Shown: positions 1-10,055 of the stretch, one piece after another
Layout: every line of letters starts with the position of its first letter
Numbering within the stretch: the first letter of the stretch is position 1
NCBI GenBank assembly: GCA_018382125.1
Contig: JAGZQO010000005.1
Coordinates: 11,195-75,194, forward strand
From: Collinsella sp.
GTDB lineage: Bacteria; Actinomycetota; Coriobacteriia; Coriobacteriales; Coriobacteriaceae
Length of the DNA stretch: 64,000 nt
Reading direction: 5' to 3'
Position numbers and translations under genes: made by a program
The notes under the pieces: model-generated
The model's input: the letters and a program-made list of their open reading frames with translations, nothing else
Told to the model about the DNA's origin: nothing
The model's database searches: none

Positions 1-3000
1 CAGTCATCTCGAGGTGAGCCTGACCGCCCGGGAAGAGCATGGCGAAGATCTCGCGGAAGTTCGCGTCGACCTTCTCAAAGGTCACGAGGAACGCCTTACG
101 CATCTTGCGGTCGATCGCCACGGTGATCTTGGTGAGCGCCTTGCGCGCGCTCTCCAGATCGGCCAGCTGCTCCTCGATGTAGTCGGCACGTCGCTTGAGC
201 TGCTCGTACTCCTCCATGGCAACCTGGTTCACAGGACCCAGGTTGTTGATTTGGCGCACGAGCTGGTTGAGCTCGCGCTCGGCGGCGTCACGGTCGGTGG
301 GCGCCGGCAGCATGAGCGCTTCCTCGAGCACCGTGGTGCCGTCGGCGGTAATGGCCTTGATCGCAGCCTCGACCTGCACCTCGAGCTTGCCGCGTGCGAC
401 TTTGAACTCGTTTTGCGTTGCGGTGGCGGTGTTGACCTTCTCCTTGGCGCGAGCGACCTCGGCCTTGGCGTCCTCGATGGTCTTCTTGAGCGAAGCCGAG
501 TCCGCCTCCTCGAGCGAAGCCTGATCACGCAGGCGTGCGGCCCAATCTGACGCGCGCTCCAGCAGGGCCGAATAGCGCTCGTGCATGGGATCGACGCGCA
601 GGCGCAGCAGCTCGAGCGAACGCGAAGCCTGACGTGTTCCGCGGATACGACGGTCGATACCCTCAAGACGATGCTCTAGGTCGGGCACGCGGCCCTTCAG
701 CGAACGCAGACGCTCGCTCGTCTGGGCCAGGCGAACCTTGGCGTCGGCGAGCTTGCCAGCAGCCTCGGAATCGTCACGGCGAACGCGGTCGAGTTCGTCG
801 TTGGCCTCGGCAATCTGAAGGCCCAGGTCGCTCGCCTGCGCACGGGCCTCGTCGCGCGAACGGGTGAGCTCGTCCACACGCGGGTGCGCGGCGCGAACGG
901 CCTCGGCAGCCTGCTCACGGCGCTTGGAGATACGCACGCGCTCGACCTCGGCATTGTTGGCGCTTTGCTCCAAGCGGCCGATCTCGGAGAGCAGTGAGCG
1001 GCGCTCGCCCTCAAGACGGGCGATCTCGCCGGCGGCATCGCCCTCGGCGGCACGCGCCTCTTCGACGGCCGCATTGGCCTCGACGACTTGATCCGAAACA
1101 TGCTCAAACACAGCGGCCAAATCGGGCTCAAGCCCCTCCAGCTCGCGGATACGGCGCTTGCGCTCCAAGGCACCCGACGCCTCGCCGGCATCGAGGCCCA
1201 CGCGCACCAGGCCGCCGCAGGCGACGCGGGCGCCATCGGGGGTCACGTAAGTCACGCCGTCAACGACCGGCGCCGACAGCGCGGCAGCAAGATCGTCCAC
1301 GACGTAATAACCGCCGAGCAGCGCCTCGACGACGGGACCGTAGCCCGCACGCACGGACAGACGATCGACCAGGCGGGAACCGGCAGCGCCCTTAGCGGCA
1401 GCAGAGGTGCTCACGCCGCGCGCCATCAGCAGTGCCTCACCCGAGGCCTTCTTTTGGTCCAGAGCCGCGCGACCGGCACGCTCAAGCGTGGCGGCGTCAT
1501 CAAACAAAAGAGCATCGATATCGCCGGCGAGCAGCTGCTCGACCAGGCCCTCGAGCTCACGAGGGGCCTCGAGCACGTCGCCCAGACGACCCGAGACATC
1601 ATCGCCCAGCGCGCCCATCAGACGGCTCACCAGCGGCGAGCTGTCAGCCATGCGGGCATCGATCTTCTTTTGGCTGACAAGCTCCGAGCGCACCTCGGAT
1701 AACTTGTTGCGTGCCTCGCTCTCGCGGGCACGCAGGTCCTTCAGGGCCGCGCGTGCCGTCTCGGTGGCCTCACGCGCATCGGCCCGGGCCTGGCGCGCTT
1801 CCTCAAGAGCACCCTCAAGCTCCTCAGCGCGGTCGCGACGGCTCTCGAGCGAGGCCGTGACCTCCTCGAGCTGCTCGTCAATCTGCTCCAGGCGCGAGGC
1901 ATACATGTTGTCCTCGACCTCGGCATTGCTCAAGGAATCCTTCACCTTAGCGAGCTCGAGCGCGGCGTTATCGGCCAAGCGCTGCACATCGCGTTGCTCA
2001 CGCGTAAGCTGCGAAATCTGATTGTCGAGCGCAACGCGACGCTCGTGGAGCTCGGCGGCGGCAGGTCCGGCGGCGTCAACGTCCTCCTGGGCCTGCATGT
2101 GCGCGCCGGTCACTTCCTCAAGCTGCGCACGTGCATCCTCGAGCTCCTCTACCACGCGACGACGCTGATGCTCGGAGCTCGAAATCTGCCCGCGCATGTC
2201 GGACAGGCGCGACACCATGTTGTGGCCCTTTTCCTCGAGCAGGCGCATATCGGAGTTAATGCGACCGACCACGTCTTGCATATGGCGGCGCTGCTCGCCC
2301 AGGTCGCCCACAAACAGGCCCTTTTCCTCAAGCATAACCTGGAGCTTCTCGAGCTCGCGCTCCTTTTCGCCCATGCGGTACTGCGCAAGCTCCAGCTCGG
2401 CGGCGCCTTCCTTGGAGCGGCTCTCCAGGTCGTTCCACTGCGACTGCAGCGAACGCAGCTCGTCGACGGCCAGCATCTGCGTAAGCTCGTTCGCGCGCGA
2501 GGACAGCTCTTTGTACTTGCGCGCACGATCGACCTGACGCTCCAGCGGTCGCAGCTGACGGGCAATTTCCTTATTGATGTCGCGGGCACGCGTCAGGTGC
2601 TCGTCCATCGATTTAATCTTTTTGAGCGCACGCTCCTTGCGGCGCTTGTGCTTGGAGATGCCGGCGGCCTCCTCGATGAGGGCACGGCGCTCCTCGGGGC
2701 GGCTCTGCAAAATGGCATCGAGCTTGCCCTGGCTGATGATGGAATGCGTATCCTTGCCCAGGCCCGAATCGTGCAGGATGTCCTGAATGTCCATCAGGCG
2801 GCACGGACTCGAGTTGATGAGGTACTCGCTTTCGCCCGAGCGATACATGCGGCGGGTGATAGCCACCTCGTCAAAGTCGACAGGCAGCATATGGTCCGAG
2901 TTATCGAGCACCAGCGTGACCTCGGCGACACCCACAGGCTTGCGCGCTGACGAGCCCGAGAAGATGACGTCCTCCATGGCCTGGCCACGCAGCTGCTTGG

Positions 3001-3157
3001 CGCTCTGCTCGCCCAGGACCCACAGAATCGAGTCGGATATGTTCGATTTTCCCGAGCCGTTGGGACCGACGATGACGGTTAGGCCCGGCTCAAACGTCAT
3101 ATGGGCGCGGTCGGCAAACGACTTGAACCCTTTGAGCGTGAGGGACTTGAGATACAC
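1..3157 (-). CDS. smc: Chromosome segregation protein SMC (3' end runs off the window)
   Basis: Read manually; absent from the ORF track because it has no stop in the window. GTG at 3157 gives MYLKSLTLKGFKSFADR..., Walker A VGPNGSGKSN, long coiled coil. The same frame reads FREIFAMLFPGGQAHLEM at the left edge. Confidence 0.95.
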   Translation of the reverse strand, partial: MYLKSLTLKGFKSFADRAHMTFEPGLTVIVGPNGSGKSNISDSILWVLGEQSAKQLRGQAMEDVIFSGSSARKPVGVAEVTLVLDNSDHMLPVDFDEVAITRRMYRSGESEYLINSSPCRLMDIQDILHDSGLGKDTHSIISQGKLDAILQSRPEERRALIEEAAGISKHKRRKERALKKIKSMDEHLTRARDINKEIARQLRPLERQVDRARKYKELSSRANELTQMLAVDELRSLQSQWNDLESRSKEGAAELELAQYRMGEKERELEKLQVMLEEKGLFVGDLGEQRRHMQDVVGRINSDMRLLEEKGHNMVSRLSDMRGQISSSEHQRRRVVEELEDARAQLEEVTGAHMQAQEDVDAAGPAAAELHERRVALDNQISQLTREQRDVQRLADNAALELAKVKDSLSNAEVEDNMYASRLEQIDEQLEEVTASLESRRDRAEELEGALEEARQARADAREATETARAALKDLRARESEARNKLSEVRSELVSQKKIDARMADSSPLVSRLMGALGDDVSGRLGDVLEAPRELEGLVEQLLAGDIDALLFDDAATLERAGRAALDQKKASGEALLMARGVSTSAAAKGAAGSRLVDRLSVRAGYGPVVEALLGGYYVVDDLAAALSAPVVDGVTYVTPDGARVACGGLVRVGLDAGEASGALERKRRIRELEGLEPDLAAVFEHVSDQVVEANAAVEEARAAEGDAAGEIARLEGERRSLLSEIGRLEQSANNAEVERVRISKRREQAAEAVRAAHPRVDELTRSRDEARAQASDLGLQIAEANDELDRVRRDDSEAAGKLADAKVRLAQTSERLRSLKGRVPDLEHRLEGIDRRIRGTRQASRSLELLRLRVDPMHERYSALLERASDWAARLRDQASLEEADSASLKKTIEDAKAEVARAKEKVNTATATQNEFKVARGKLEVQVEAAIKAITADGTTVLEEALMLPAPTDRDAAERELNQLVRQINNLGPVNQVAMEEYEQLKRRADYIEEQLADLESARKALTKITVAIDRKMRKAFLVTFEKVDANFREIFAMLFPGGQAHLEMT

Positions 3158-3167
3158 GGTTCCTCGC

Positions 3168-3893
3168 TTAAACAGGCTTCTTGTTGAGAATCACGCCGTT
3201 AGTGGTGTAACCCATGCGGTCGAGCGCCTCGAGCGCGGCAGCTCCCTCGGCTTCCTTCTTGGAGGAGCCGGTGCCGCGGCCCTGGCGGATACCGTCGATA
3301 AGCACCACGGCGGTAAAGGTGGGCGCATGCGCGGGGCCCTCGGAGCCGACCAGCTTATACGCGGGAGGCTCATGGCCGTCTGCCTGAACGCACTCCTGCA
3401 AGAACGACTTGGGGTTCGCAGGGTGCTCGGCACGCTCGGAGGCCAGGTGCGGCTTGAGCGTACGATGGATAAAGTCCGCCGCAACATCCCAGCCGGCATC
3501 CAGATACAACGCGCCCACAAGCGACTCGTAGACGTTCTCAAGCGCCGAGTGCAGGCCGCGCGCGCCGGTACCGGTCTCGGAGGCACCAAAGATGATGATG
3601 TCGTCGATGCCCAGCTCATGCGACACCTCGGACAGCGTGGCGCCCGAGACAAGGGACACCTTCAGGCGCGTGAGCTTGCCCTCGTCAAACTCGGGATAGG
3701 ACTCAAAGAGTGAACGGGCGACGACGGCGCCCAAAATGGAATCGCCCAAAAACTCAAGGCGCTCATAGCTGGCAGAGACCGGCTGGCCCTCGACGGCCGA
3801 GGGATGCGTGAGCGCCGCGCGCAGCAGCACCTTGTCATTGAACTCGTGGCCCAGAATCTCCTGTGCGCGCGTAAGTCGTTCGGATAAAGCCAA
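3168..3893 (-). CDS. rnc: Ribonuclease III
   Basis: RNase III signature ERLEFLGDS, C-terminal dsRBD (GTGSSKKEAE); acpP-rnc-smc synteny. Confidence 0.97.
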   Translation of the reverse strand: MALSERLTRAQEILGHEFNDKVLLRAALTHPSAVEGQPVSASYERLEFLGDSILGAVVARSLFESYPEFDEGKLTRLKVSLVSGATLSEVSHELGIDDIIIFGASETGTGARGLHSALENVYESLVGALYLDAGWDVAADFIHRTLKPHLASERAEHPANPKSFLQECVQADGHEPPAYKLVGSEGPAHAPTFTAVVLIDGIRQGRGTGSSKKEAEGAAALEALDRMGYTTNGVILNKKPV

Positions 3894-3896
3894 GAC

Positions 3897-4139
3897 CTAA
3901 GCCTCCCTGGCGTTTTCAATCGCGTCGACGGCGTCGGCAACAGAGTTGAGCGAGAGCAGGGTCTCATCATCGATCTCGAGATTAAACTCGTCCTCGATAG
4001 CCGTAACCAGCTGCAGGCGCTCGAGCGAGTTGGCATCGAGGTCGTCAAAGGTGGTCTCATCGCTAATTTCGGCAACATCGACGCCCAGAACGTCAGCAGC
4101 GACCTCGGCGATCTTGTCGAAGATTTCGGAGCGGTCCAT
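3897..4139 (-). CDS. acpP: Acyl carrier protein
   Basis: Small acidic protein with DLDANSLE (variant of the DSL phosphopantetheine motif); lies between plsX and rnc. Confidence 0.9.
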   Translation of the reverse strand: MDRSEIFDKIAEVAADVLGVDVAEISDETTFDDLDANSLERLQLVTAIEDEFNLEIDDETLLSLNSVADAVDAIENAREA

Positions 4140-4253
4140 AGCGCTTCCTCTCATAGTGCATGAATACCAAAAGAATGGTACCGCCCGGGCGGTACCAAGA
4201 CACGGTTCTGATTCTACCCCACGACGTGCGCCCCAAGACGCATAACGCCGCTG

Positions 4254-5279
4254 TTATAAAACGATACCGTCCATAGAGTTGGCGACATTCTCGACCAGCC
4301 CGGCGCGCACGGCTTCGGCCGCCGCGAGCGTACCGTTTTTAACAGCCTCGACCGAGGTGGCGCCATGGCCGATCAGGACCACGCCGCGCAGGCCCAGAAG
4401 AATCGCGCCGCCCTTGGCGTCGCCAGAGAGCTTGGCCTTAATCTCGCGCATTTGCTTTTTGATGAGCAGCGCGGCAATCTTGGTGCCGAGCGAAGACATA
4501 AAGACGCCCTTGAGCTCCTGCAGCAAAAACTTGGCAGCGCCCTCGGTAGCTTTGAGAGCGATATTACCCGACATGCCATCGGCAACGACGACATCGAAGT
4601 TACCTGAGGTGAGGTCGGTGCCCTCGCAGTTACCAACAAAGCCGGGAACGGCGGCCTTCATAGCAGGGAAACAGGCCTTGGTAAAGTTGGAGCCCTTCTC
4701 ATCCTCGGTGCCATTGGCAAGCAGGCCCACGCGAGGATGCTCGATGCCCAGGACGACGCGGGCATAGGCGCTACCCATCTGGGCAAAACGCACCATGTCA
4801 TCGACCTCCACATCGGGGTTGGCACCCATGTCGCACAGCACCGTCAGACCGCCGGCGCGATTGGGCAGCGCATTGGTCAGACAGGGGCGCACCGGCTGCT
4901 TCTTGCCTTCGGCCTGATACCTAAACGGCGTCACATAGGCGGTGGCGGCGGCGGTCATGGCACCGGTGGAGCCGGCGGAGAAGAACGCATCCGCGTTGCC
5001 CTTCTTAATGGCGCGGCAAGAAAGCACGATCGACGACTTACGCTTGGTCATCACGGCGCGAATGGGATCGTCATCCATGGCGATAACGTCAGGCGCCTCA
5101 AGGGCCTCAACACGTGCATGGGAAGCTGCAAAGGGATTGACGATTTCGGCGGGACCAGCTGCCAAGACCTCGATATCGGGATCGGCGGCAAGCGCAGCTT
5201 CGATACCATCGAGAACAACCTGAGGTTTCTCGTCTCCGCCCACAACGTCTACACAAACGCGAACGTTACTCATATACAT
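4254..5279 (-). CDS. plsX: Phosphate acyltransferase PlsX
   Basis: VDVVGGD, SAGSTGA, DMGAN, GNIALKATEG, IGHG motifs. Confidence 0.95.
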   Translation of the reverse strand: MYMSNVRVCVDVVGGDEKPQVVLDGIEAALAADPDIEVLAAGPAEIVNPFAASHARVEALEAPDVIAMDDDPIRAVMTKRKSSIVLSCRAIKKGNADAFFSAGSTGAMTAAATAYVTPFRYQAEGKKQPVRPCLTNALPNRAGGLTVLCDMGANPDVEVDDMVRFAQMGSAYARVVLGIEHPRVGLLANGTEDEKGSNFTKACFPAMKAAVPGFVGNCEGTDLTSGNFDVVVADGMSGNIALKATEGAAKFLLQELKGVFMSSLGTKIAALLIKKQMREIKAKLSGDAKGGAILLGLRGVVLIGHGATSVEAVKNGTLAAAEAVRAGLVENVANSMDGIVL

Positions 5280-5360
5280 GCTCCTTATACAAAAATGGCC
5301 GACTCATTGAGCCGGCCATTGTGGTTCCATTTGGAACGGCATCGCATCCAGAGTATACCG

Positions 5361-5540
5361 TTACTCGGTAACGATAACCTCGCGGTCCTTGTAGAAACCG
5401 CAGCTGGGGCACACGTGGTGCGGAAGCTTAACAGCGCCGCAACGGGGGCACGTGGACTGAGCCGCAGCCGAGATCTTCATGTTGGCGGAACGACGGGTGT
5501 GAGTGCGGATACGACCCTGCTTTTGTTTAGGTACGGGCAT
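5361..5540 (-). CDS. rpmF: 50S ribosomal protein L32 (Zn-ribbon form), 59 aa
   Basis: Manual translation MPVPKQKQGRIRTHTRRSANMKISAAAQSTCPRCGAVKLPHHVCPSCGFYKDREVIVTE; below the ORF-track cutoff. Confidence 0.95.
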   Translation of the reverse strand: MPVPKQKQGRIRTHTRRSANMKISAAAQSTCPRCGAVKLPHHVCPSCGFYKDREVIVTE

Positions 5541-5604
5541 AGTGACCTTCCTTATGAACTATCCAGTGTGGCGATTACGCGCAAGTAGCGATACTACCAC
5601 AGTT

Positions 5605-6159
5605 TTACTCATCAAGCTTGAGATTCTTCAATGCTGCAAATGGATTTTCCGTGGCAGCGGCCCATTCTGCCTCTGCCTGGGCGGCGCAATCGCATTGCTC
5701 GACGTTGAGATTGCAACCGCAAGTGGGGCAAAGGCCGCGGCAATCGGGCTTGCACAGGACAACGAACGGCGTGTCCATGACGACCGCGTCGTTGATGGGC
5801 TCTCCCAGATCGACGATGCGATCCTCGCCCAGGAGCTCGTAGCCGTCTTCGTAGGCCTCGGGATCCTCGGGCTCCTCAAAGAGGTAGAACTCCTCGATCT
5901 CGCCGGCGATATCAAACGAGGCAGGTTCCAGGCAACGGTCGCACTCGCCGGTGGCGTGCGCGCGGACCATGCCCGTGAGCAAGACACCGGTACCGGCATT
6001 GGTAAAGACAACGTCGTAGTCGATGCCGTCCTGAAGCTGGTACTCCTTCTCGCCTACCGTGTAGGTGGCGACATCGACCTTACCGGTCAGCGGATACGAA
6101 TCTCCAGGAAACTCGAGCTGCTCGGAAAGATCGACGGTAACGCTCGGGAACTCAGCCAT
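5605..6159 (-). CDS. YceD/DUF177 family metal-binding protein
   Basis: CDRCL and LCKPDCRGLCPTCG motifs, C-terminal PFAALKNL; upstream of rpmF. Confidence 0.9.
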   Translation of the reverse strand: MAEFPSVTVDLSEQLEFPGDSYPLTGKVDVATYTVGEKEYQLQDGIDYDVVFTNAGTGVLLTGMVRAHATGECDRCLEPASFDIAGEIEEFYLFEEPEDPEAYEDGYELLGEDRIVDLGEPINDAVVMDTPFVVLCKPDCRGLCPTCGCNLNVEQCDCAAQAEAEWAAATENPFAALKNLKLDE

Positions 6160-6656
6160 TACCACTGACCATTCTGTTGGGCGGCACCCTCGTTGAGCTG
6201 CTGACGGCAACGGGTAACGGTGCCGGTCAGGCTCTTGAGGTTCTCCTCCAGGTGCGTAAAGACCTGCTCTGCGTAGTCCTCGGCAGCATAACGCGTCTCG
6301 CGCTCGTACTGCTGGGCACGATCGCGGATGTCGTCGGCCTGCTGCTGCGCAAGGCGGACGATCTCCTGCTCACCGGCAATGGTGAGGGCCTGCTGCTGAG
6401 CGTCAGCGATGATGGAATCGGCCTGAGCGGCGGCGGAAGCCATAAGCTCCTCGCGCTCCTTAAGGATACGGCGGGACTTCTGCCACTCCTCGGGATAGCT
6501 CATGCGGATCTCGTCGAGGATGTTGAAGAACACGTCGGCGTCGATGACCTTGAACTGAGCGTTCTTGCCGAAAGGCGGCTTGGCTTCCTCGATCAGCCCT
6601 TCGAGCTCATCGACCAAGCTGACGATCCTATCGCCAGGAAAATTCTCGCCCGGCAT
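6159..6656 (-). CDS. DivIVA/SepIVA-like coiled-coil protein
   Basis: Long A/Q/E-rich coiled coil; position between coaD and yceD matches actinobacterial sepIVA-type genes. Confidence 0.65.
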   Translation of the reverse strand: MPGENFPGDRIVSLVDELEGLIEEAKPPFGKNAQFKVIDADVFFNILDEIRMSYPEEWQKSRRILKEREELMASAAAQADSIIADAQQQALTIAGEQEIVRLAQQQADDIRDRAQQYERETRYAAEDYAEQVFTHLEENLKSLTGTVTRCRQQLNEGAAQQNGQW

Positions 6657-6724
6657 CCGGTCTCCTTTCATAGGTAACATATCATCGTGCTAGTTTACCA
6701 CATGCCACCAGGCAATAAGAAACG

Positions 6725-7222
6725 TCACGAAAAGCGATGTTTGAGCGCTTCGACCACGTTGGACGGGACAAACGTCGATACATCGCTGCCGAGCGAGGCG
6801 ATCTGGCGAACAACCGAGCTCGAGATATAGCCGTACTGCGGCGCACTCATGACAAAGATGGACTCCAGCTCGCTATCCAGGCGATAGTTAAGGTCGGCCT
6901 GCTGCAGCTCATATTCAAAGTCGGTCATGGCGCGCAGGCCCTTGACCACGGCCCCCGCCCCCTGCTCGCGAGCGAAGTCGACCAAGAGGCCGGTAAAGGG
7001 CAGGACCTCGACGCCGTCGATATCACCGAGCGCCTCGCGGGCCAGCGCCACGCGCTCATCGAGCATAAACGTGGTGCCCACGCCGTTTTTACCCTGCGAC
7101 TCGGCAACAGCGACGATCACGCTGGGAAAGATGCGGCGGGCGCGGCGAATCACATCGATATGGCCAAACGTGATGGGATCGAAGGTGCCCGGGACGATCA
7201 CGCGGTTGATGGTGTCATTCAT
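6725..7222 (-). CDS. coaD: Phosphopantetheine adenylyltransferase
   Basis: PGTFDPITFGH, KGLRAMTDFEYE, ISSS motifs. Confidence 0.97.
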   Translation of the reverse strand: MNDTINRVIVPGTFDPITFGHIDVIRRARRIFPSVIVAVAESQGKNGVGTTFMLDERVALAREALGDIDGVEVLPFTGLLVDFAREQGAGAVVKGLRAMTDFEYELQQADLNYRLDSELESIFVMSAPQYGYISSSVVRQIASLGSDVSTFVPSNVVEALKHRFS

Positions 7223-7871
7223 GGGCGTCCTCCTGAAACGTCGTGGCATCGTTGTTGTCGGCATCTGCGCCGGCGCTGTCGCCCCCACCGTCGTCATCGC
7301 CGACCCAACGAAGCAGGTCGACCGAGGTAATGCCGTAGCGCTTCTTACGTACAGTCTCAAAGCCTACCGGATGCGCGCCCGCATCGGCGGCGGCATGCTC
7401 AAACAGGGCAAAAGCGCCAGGTGCAAGCAGACCCTGCTGAGCCAGGTTCTGCAGCAGTTCCTCGACCGGCTCGGCACCAAAAGCATAGGGCGGGTCAAGC
7501 AGGACCAGATCAAAGGGGGCGCCCGGTACACGACCGCGCGAGGCACTCGCCAGCATGTCGCCCGTGACCACGCGCCAACGCGCACGGTCACGGCAGAGCG
7601 ACTCGATATTCTTGGTAATGAGCCGCGCGGCGTTGCGATCGATCTCAAACGTCGTGAGCAAGCGAGCCCCACGAGAGAGCATCTCTAACCCTAAGGCACC
7701 GGAGCCGCCAAAGGCGTCCAGCACACGGACCTCGTCCAGATCGAAGTCGAATGCCGACATGACCATAGATGCGCACGCCTCGCGTACGCGATCAGTCGTG
7801 GGGCGGGTGACATCGCGACCACGGGGCTCCTCGATCTTACGACCGCGCCATTCGCCGCCGATGATTCTCAT
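7215..7871 (-). CDS. rsmD: 16S rRNA m2G966 methyltransferase
   Basis: MRIIGG, RPTTDRVRE, LDAFGGSGALG, DPPY. Confidence 0.95.
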   Translation of the reverse strand: MRIIGGEWRGRKIEEPRGRDVTRPTTDRVREACASMVMSAFDFDLDEVRVLDAFGGSGALGLEMLSRGARLLTTFEIDRNAARLITKNIESLCRDRARWRVVTGDMLASASRGRVPGAPFDLVLLDPPYAFGAEPVEELLQNLAQQGLLAPGAFALFEHAAADAGAHPVGFETVRKKRYGITSVDLLRWVGDDDGGGDSAGADADNNDATTFQEDAHE

Positions 7872-10045
7872 CCTCCGCTGACCTCCTTAAAAATGTGTCG
7901 ATATCGCATGGCGACCGCATCGCGCAGGGGGCGCGTCGCCACGGAGTCAAGGGTGCAAGCATACCGCAAGAGCTCGACCGCGTCCAAATGGGCCCACTCG
8001 ATCAGTTCCTCGTCGGCATCCAGGTCGACAAAGCGCAGGGTCACACCACCATGCTGGCGATAACCCAGGATCTCGCCTTCATGGCGCAGGCGCAGGTCCA
8101 TCTGGGCGAGCGTAAAGCCATCCGAGGTTTTTTCGAGCGATTGCAGACGATCTTGCGCCGCCGATGCGCCGCCGTTGCCCTTGGAGTGCGTCATGACTAG
8201 GCACGTGCCCGACACGCCGCCACGGCCCACGCGGCCGCGCAGCTGGTGCAGGGCAGCCAAACCAAAGCGCTCGCCGTTCTCGATGACCATGACGGTGGCG
8301 TTGGGCACGTCAACGCCCACCTCGACCACCGTAGTCGAGACGAGCACGTCAATCTCGCCACGCTTGAAGGCATCGATCACGCGGTCCTTCTCCCCCGCTG
8401 GCATACGGCCGTGAAGGCGCTCGATGGCAAGACCCGGCAACGCCAGACGCAGGCGATCGAGCTCGGTCGCCGTATCATGCAGCGGCACGGGGACCGTCAC
8501 GCGGCCCTCCTCGTCGCGGGCGATACCGGGCACGTCCTCCAACTCATCGGCCGAGTCACTCGGCTCCACGAGCGGGCAAATCACGTAGGCCTGCTGACCT
8601 TTTTCATGCGCTTCGCTGATGGCGCCATAGGCGAGGTCGCGGCTCGACTCGGTGAGCACGCGTGTCGACACGCCAGCGCCAGGGACGGGCCGATGGCGGA
8701 TGATGCTCGTATCCAGATCGCCGTAGACCGAAAGCGCCAGCGTACGAGGGATGGGCGTTGCCGTCATAACGAGCAGATCGGCACCGGGGCCCTTCGCGCG
8801 TAGGGCGTTGCGCTGGCCAACGCCAAAGCGGTGCTGCTCGTCGATGACAACAAGCGACAGATGCTTGAACGCAACGTTATCCGAAAGCACCGCATGGGTG
8901 CCAAAGAGCACGTCAAGCTCGCCCGATTCCAGCTGGGCATGGATGCGCTCGCGCTCTGCGGCCGGCGTGGCGCCCGTCAGAAGCGCCCGGGACATGCCAG
9001 CCTGCGAGAGCAGAGGGCCGGTCTTATCGGCATATTGGCGCGCCAGCACGCCCGTGGGCGCCATAACGCAGGCCTGCGTGCCGCTATCGGCAGCCACAGC
9101 CAGCGCGCAGGCGGCAACGGCGGTCTTACCGGTACCGACATCGCCCAGCAGCAGACGGTTCATCACGCGCCCGCCATCGCACATGTCATGCAGGATGTCT
9201 TGGAATGCGGCCTCCTGCTCGTCGCTCAGCGAAAACGGAAGGGCCTGTTTAAGCGCGCCCAGATGCTCGCCCGCAGTGTGGGCATAGGGCACCACATCGA
9301 CCAGGCCGCCGTCGTTGCGCAGACGCAGCGCCAGCTGCAGGTAGAGGCACTCCTCGTAGGCAAGACGCCGGCGTGCGATGTCGCGCTCAGCCATGCTCGA
9401 GGGAAAGTGGATCGAACGCAACGCGCGGGCATTGCTCATGAGCTTCCGCTTTGCGCGCAGCGGCGCGGGAATCGGATCGAACGGATTGCCGACGACCTCG
9501 AGCGCGCCGCTTACGATGCGGCGCATCCACGCCTGGCTCACGCCATCGCTCACGTAATGGACCGGCAGAATGGTGCCTGCGGCGCGCCTGTCCTCGAGCT
9601 TTTCAAAGTGGGGCGAGGCCATCTGCTTAAAGCCGTAGGCAAACTCGACCTTGCCCATCACGGCCAGGCGGTCGCCCTGCTTAAGCTGCTGGGCAATCCA
9701 GGGCTGGCGGAAAAAGGCGACCTGCAACACGCCCGTCTCGTCCACCAGCGATACCTCGGTCACCTGCATGCGCGGACGCGGCTGCTTTTGGACGATGCGG
9801 TCGACCGTGGCGATGATGGTGCACACGGTACCGATGGGCGCCATCTCGATGGACCACGAACGGGTAAAGTCGAGGTATCGATGAGGGATATGGAGAAGGA
9901 GGTCCCCCACCGTCCGAATTCCCAGACGGCGAAGGGCCTCCTCACGTTTACCCGAAACATATTTGAGTCGCGCGATATCCTCGTCGAGCGCATTGCTCTG
10001 GGCAAAGCGCTCCGAGACGCGCGGCACGGAGCACAGCTCGGACAT
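7868..10045 (-). CDS. recG: ATP-dependent DNA helicase RecG
   Basis: GDVGTGKT, DEQHRFG, MTATPIPRTL, QLRGRVGRG. Confidence 0.97.
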   Translation of the reverse strand: MSELCSVPRVSERFAQSNALDEDIARLKYVSGKREEALRRLGIRTVGDLLLHIPHRYLDFTRSWSIEMAPIGTVCTIIATVDRIVQKQPRPRMQVTEVSLVDETGVLQVAFFRQPWIAQQLKQGDRLAVMGKVEFAYGFKQMASPHFEKLEDRRAAGTILPVHYVSDGVSQAWMRRIVSGALEVVGNPFDPIPAPLRAKRKLMSNARALRSIHFPSSMAERDIARRRLAYEECLYLQLALRLRNDGGLVDVVPYAHTAGEHLGALKQALPFSLSDEQEAAFQDILHDMCDGGRVMNRLLLGDVGTGKTAVAACALAVAADSGTQACVMAPTGVLARQYADKTGPLLSQAGMSRALLTGATPAAERERIHAQLESGELDVLFGTHAVLSDNVAFKHLSLVVIDEQHRFGVGQRNALRAKGPGADLLVMTATPIPRTLALSVYGDLDTSIIRHRPVPGAGVSTRVLTESSRDLAYGAISEAHEKGQQAYVICPLVEPSDSADELEDVPGIARDEEGRVTVPVPLHDTATELDRLRLALPGLAIERLHGRMPAGEKDRVIDAFKRGEIDVLVSTTVVEVGVDVPNATVMVIENGERFGLAALHQLRGRVGRGGVSGTCLVMTHSKGNGGASAAQDRLQSLEKTSDGFTLAQMDLRLRHEGEILGYRQHGGVTLRFVDLDADEELIEWAHLDAVELLRYACTLDSVATRPLRDAVAMRYRHIFKEVSGG

Positions 10046-10055
10046 GGGCAGTTGC

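Noticed and set aside
14..3713. Numerous short ORFs on both strands
   Set aside because: All overlap the real smc/rnc frames
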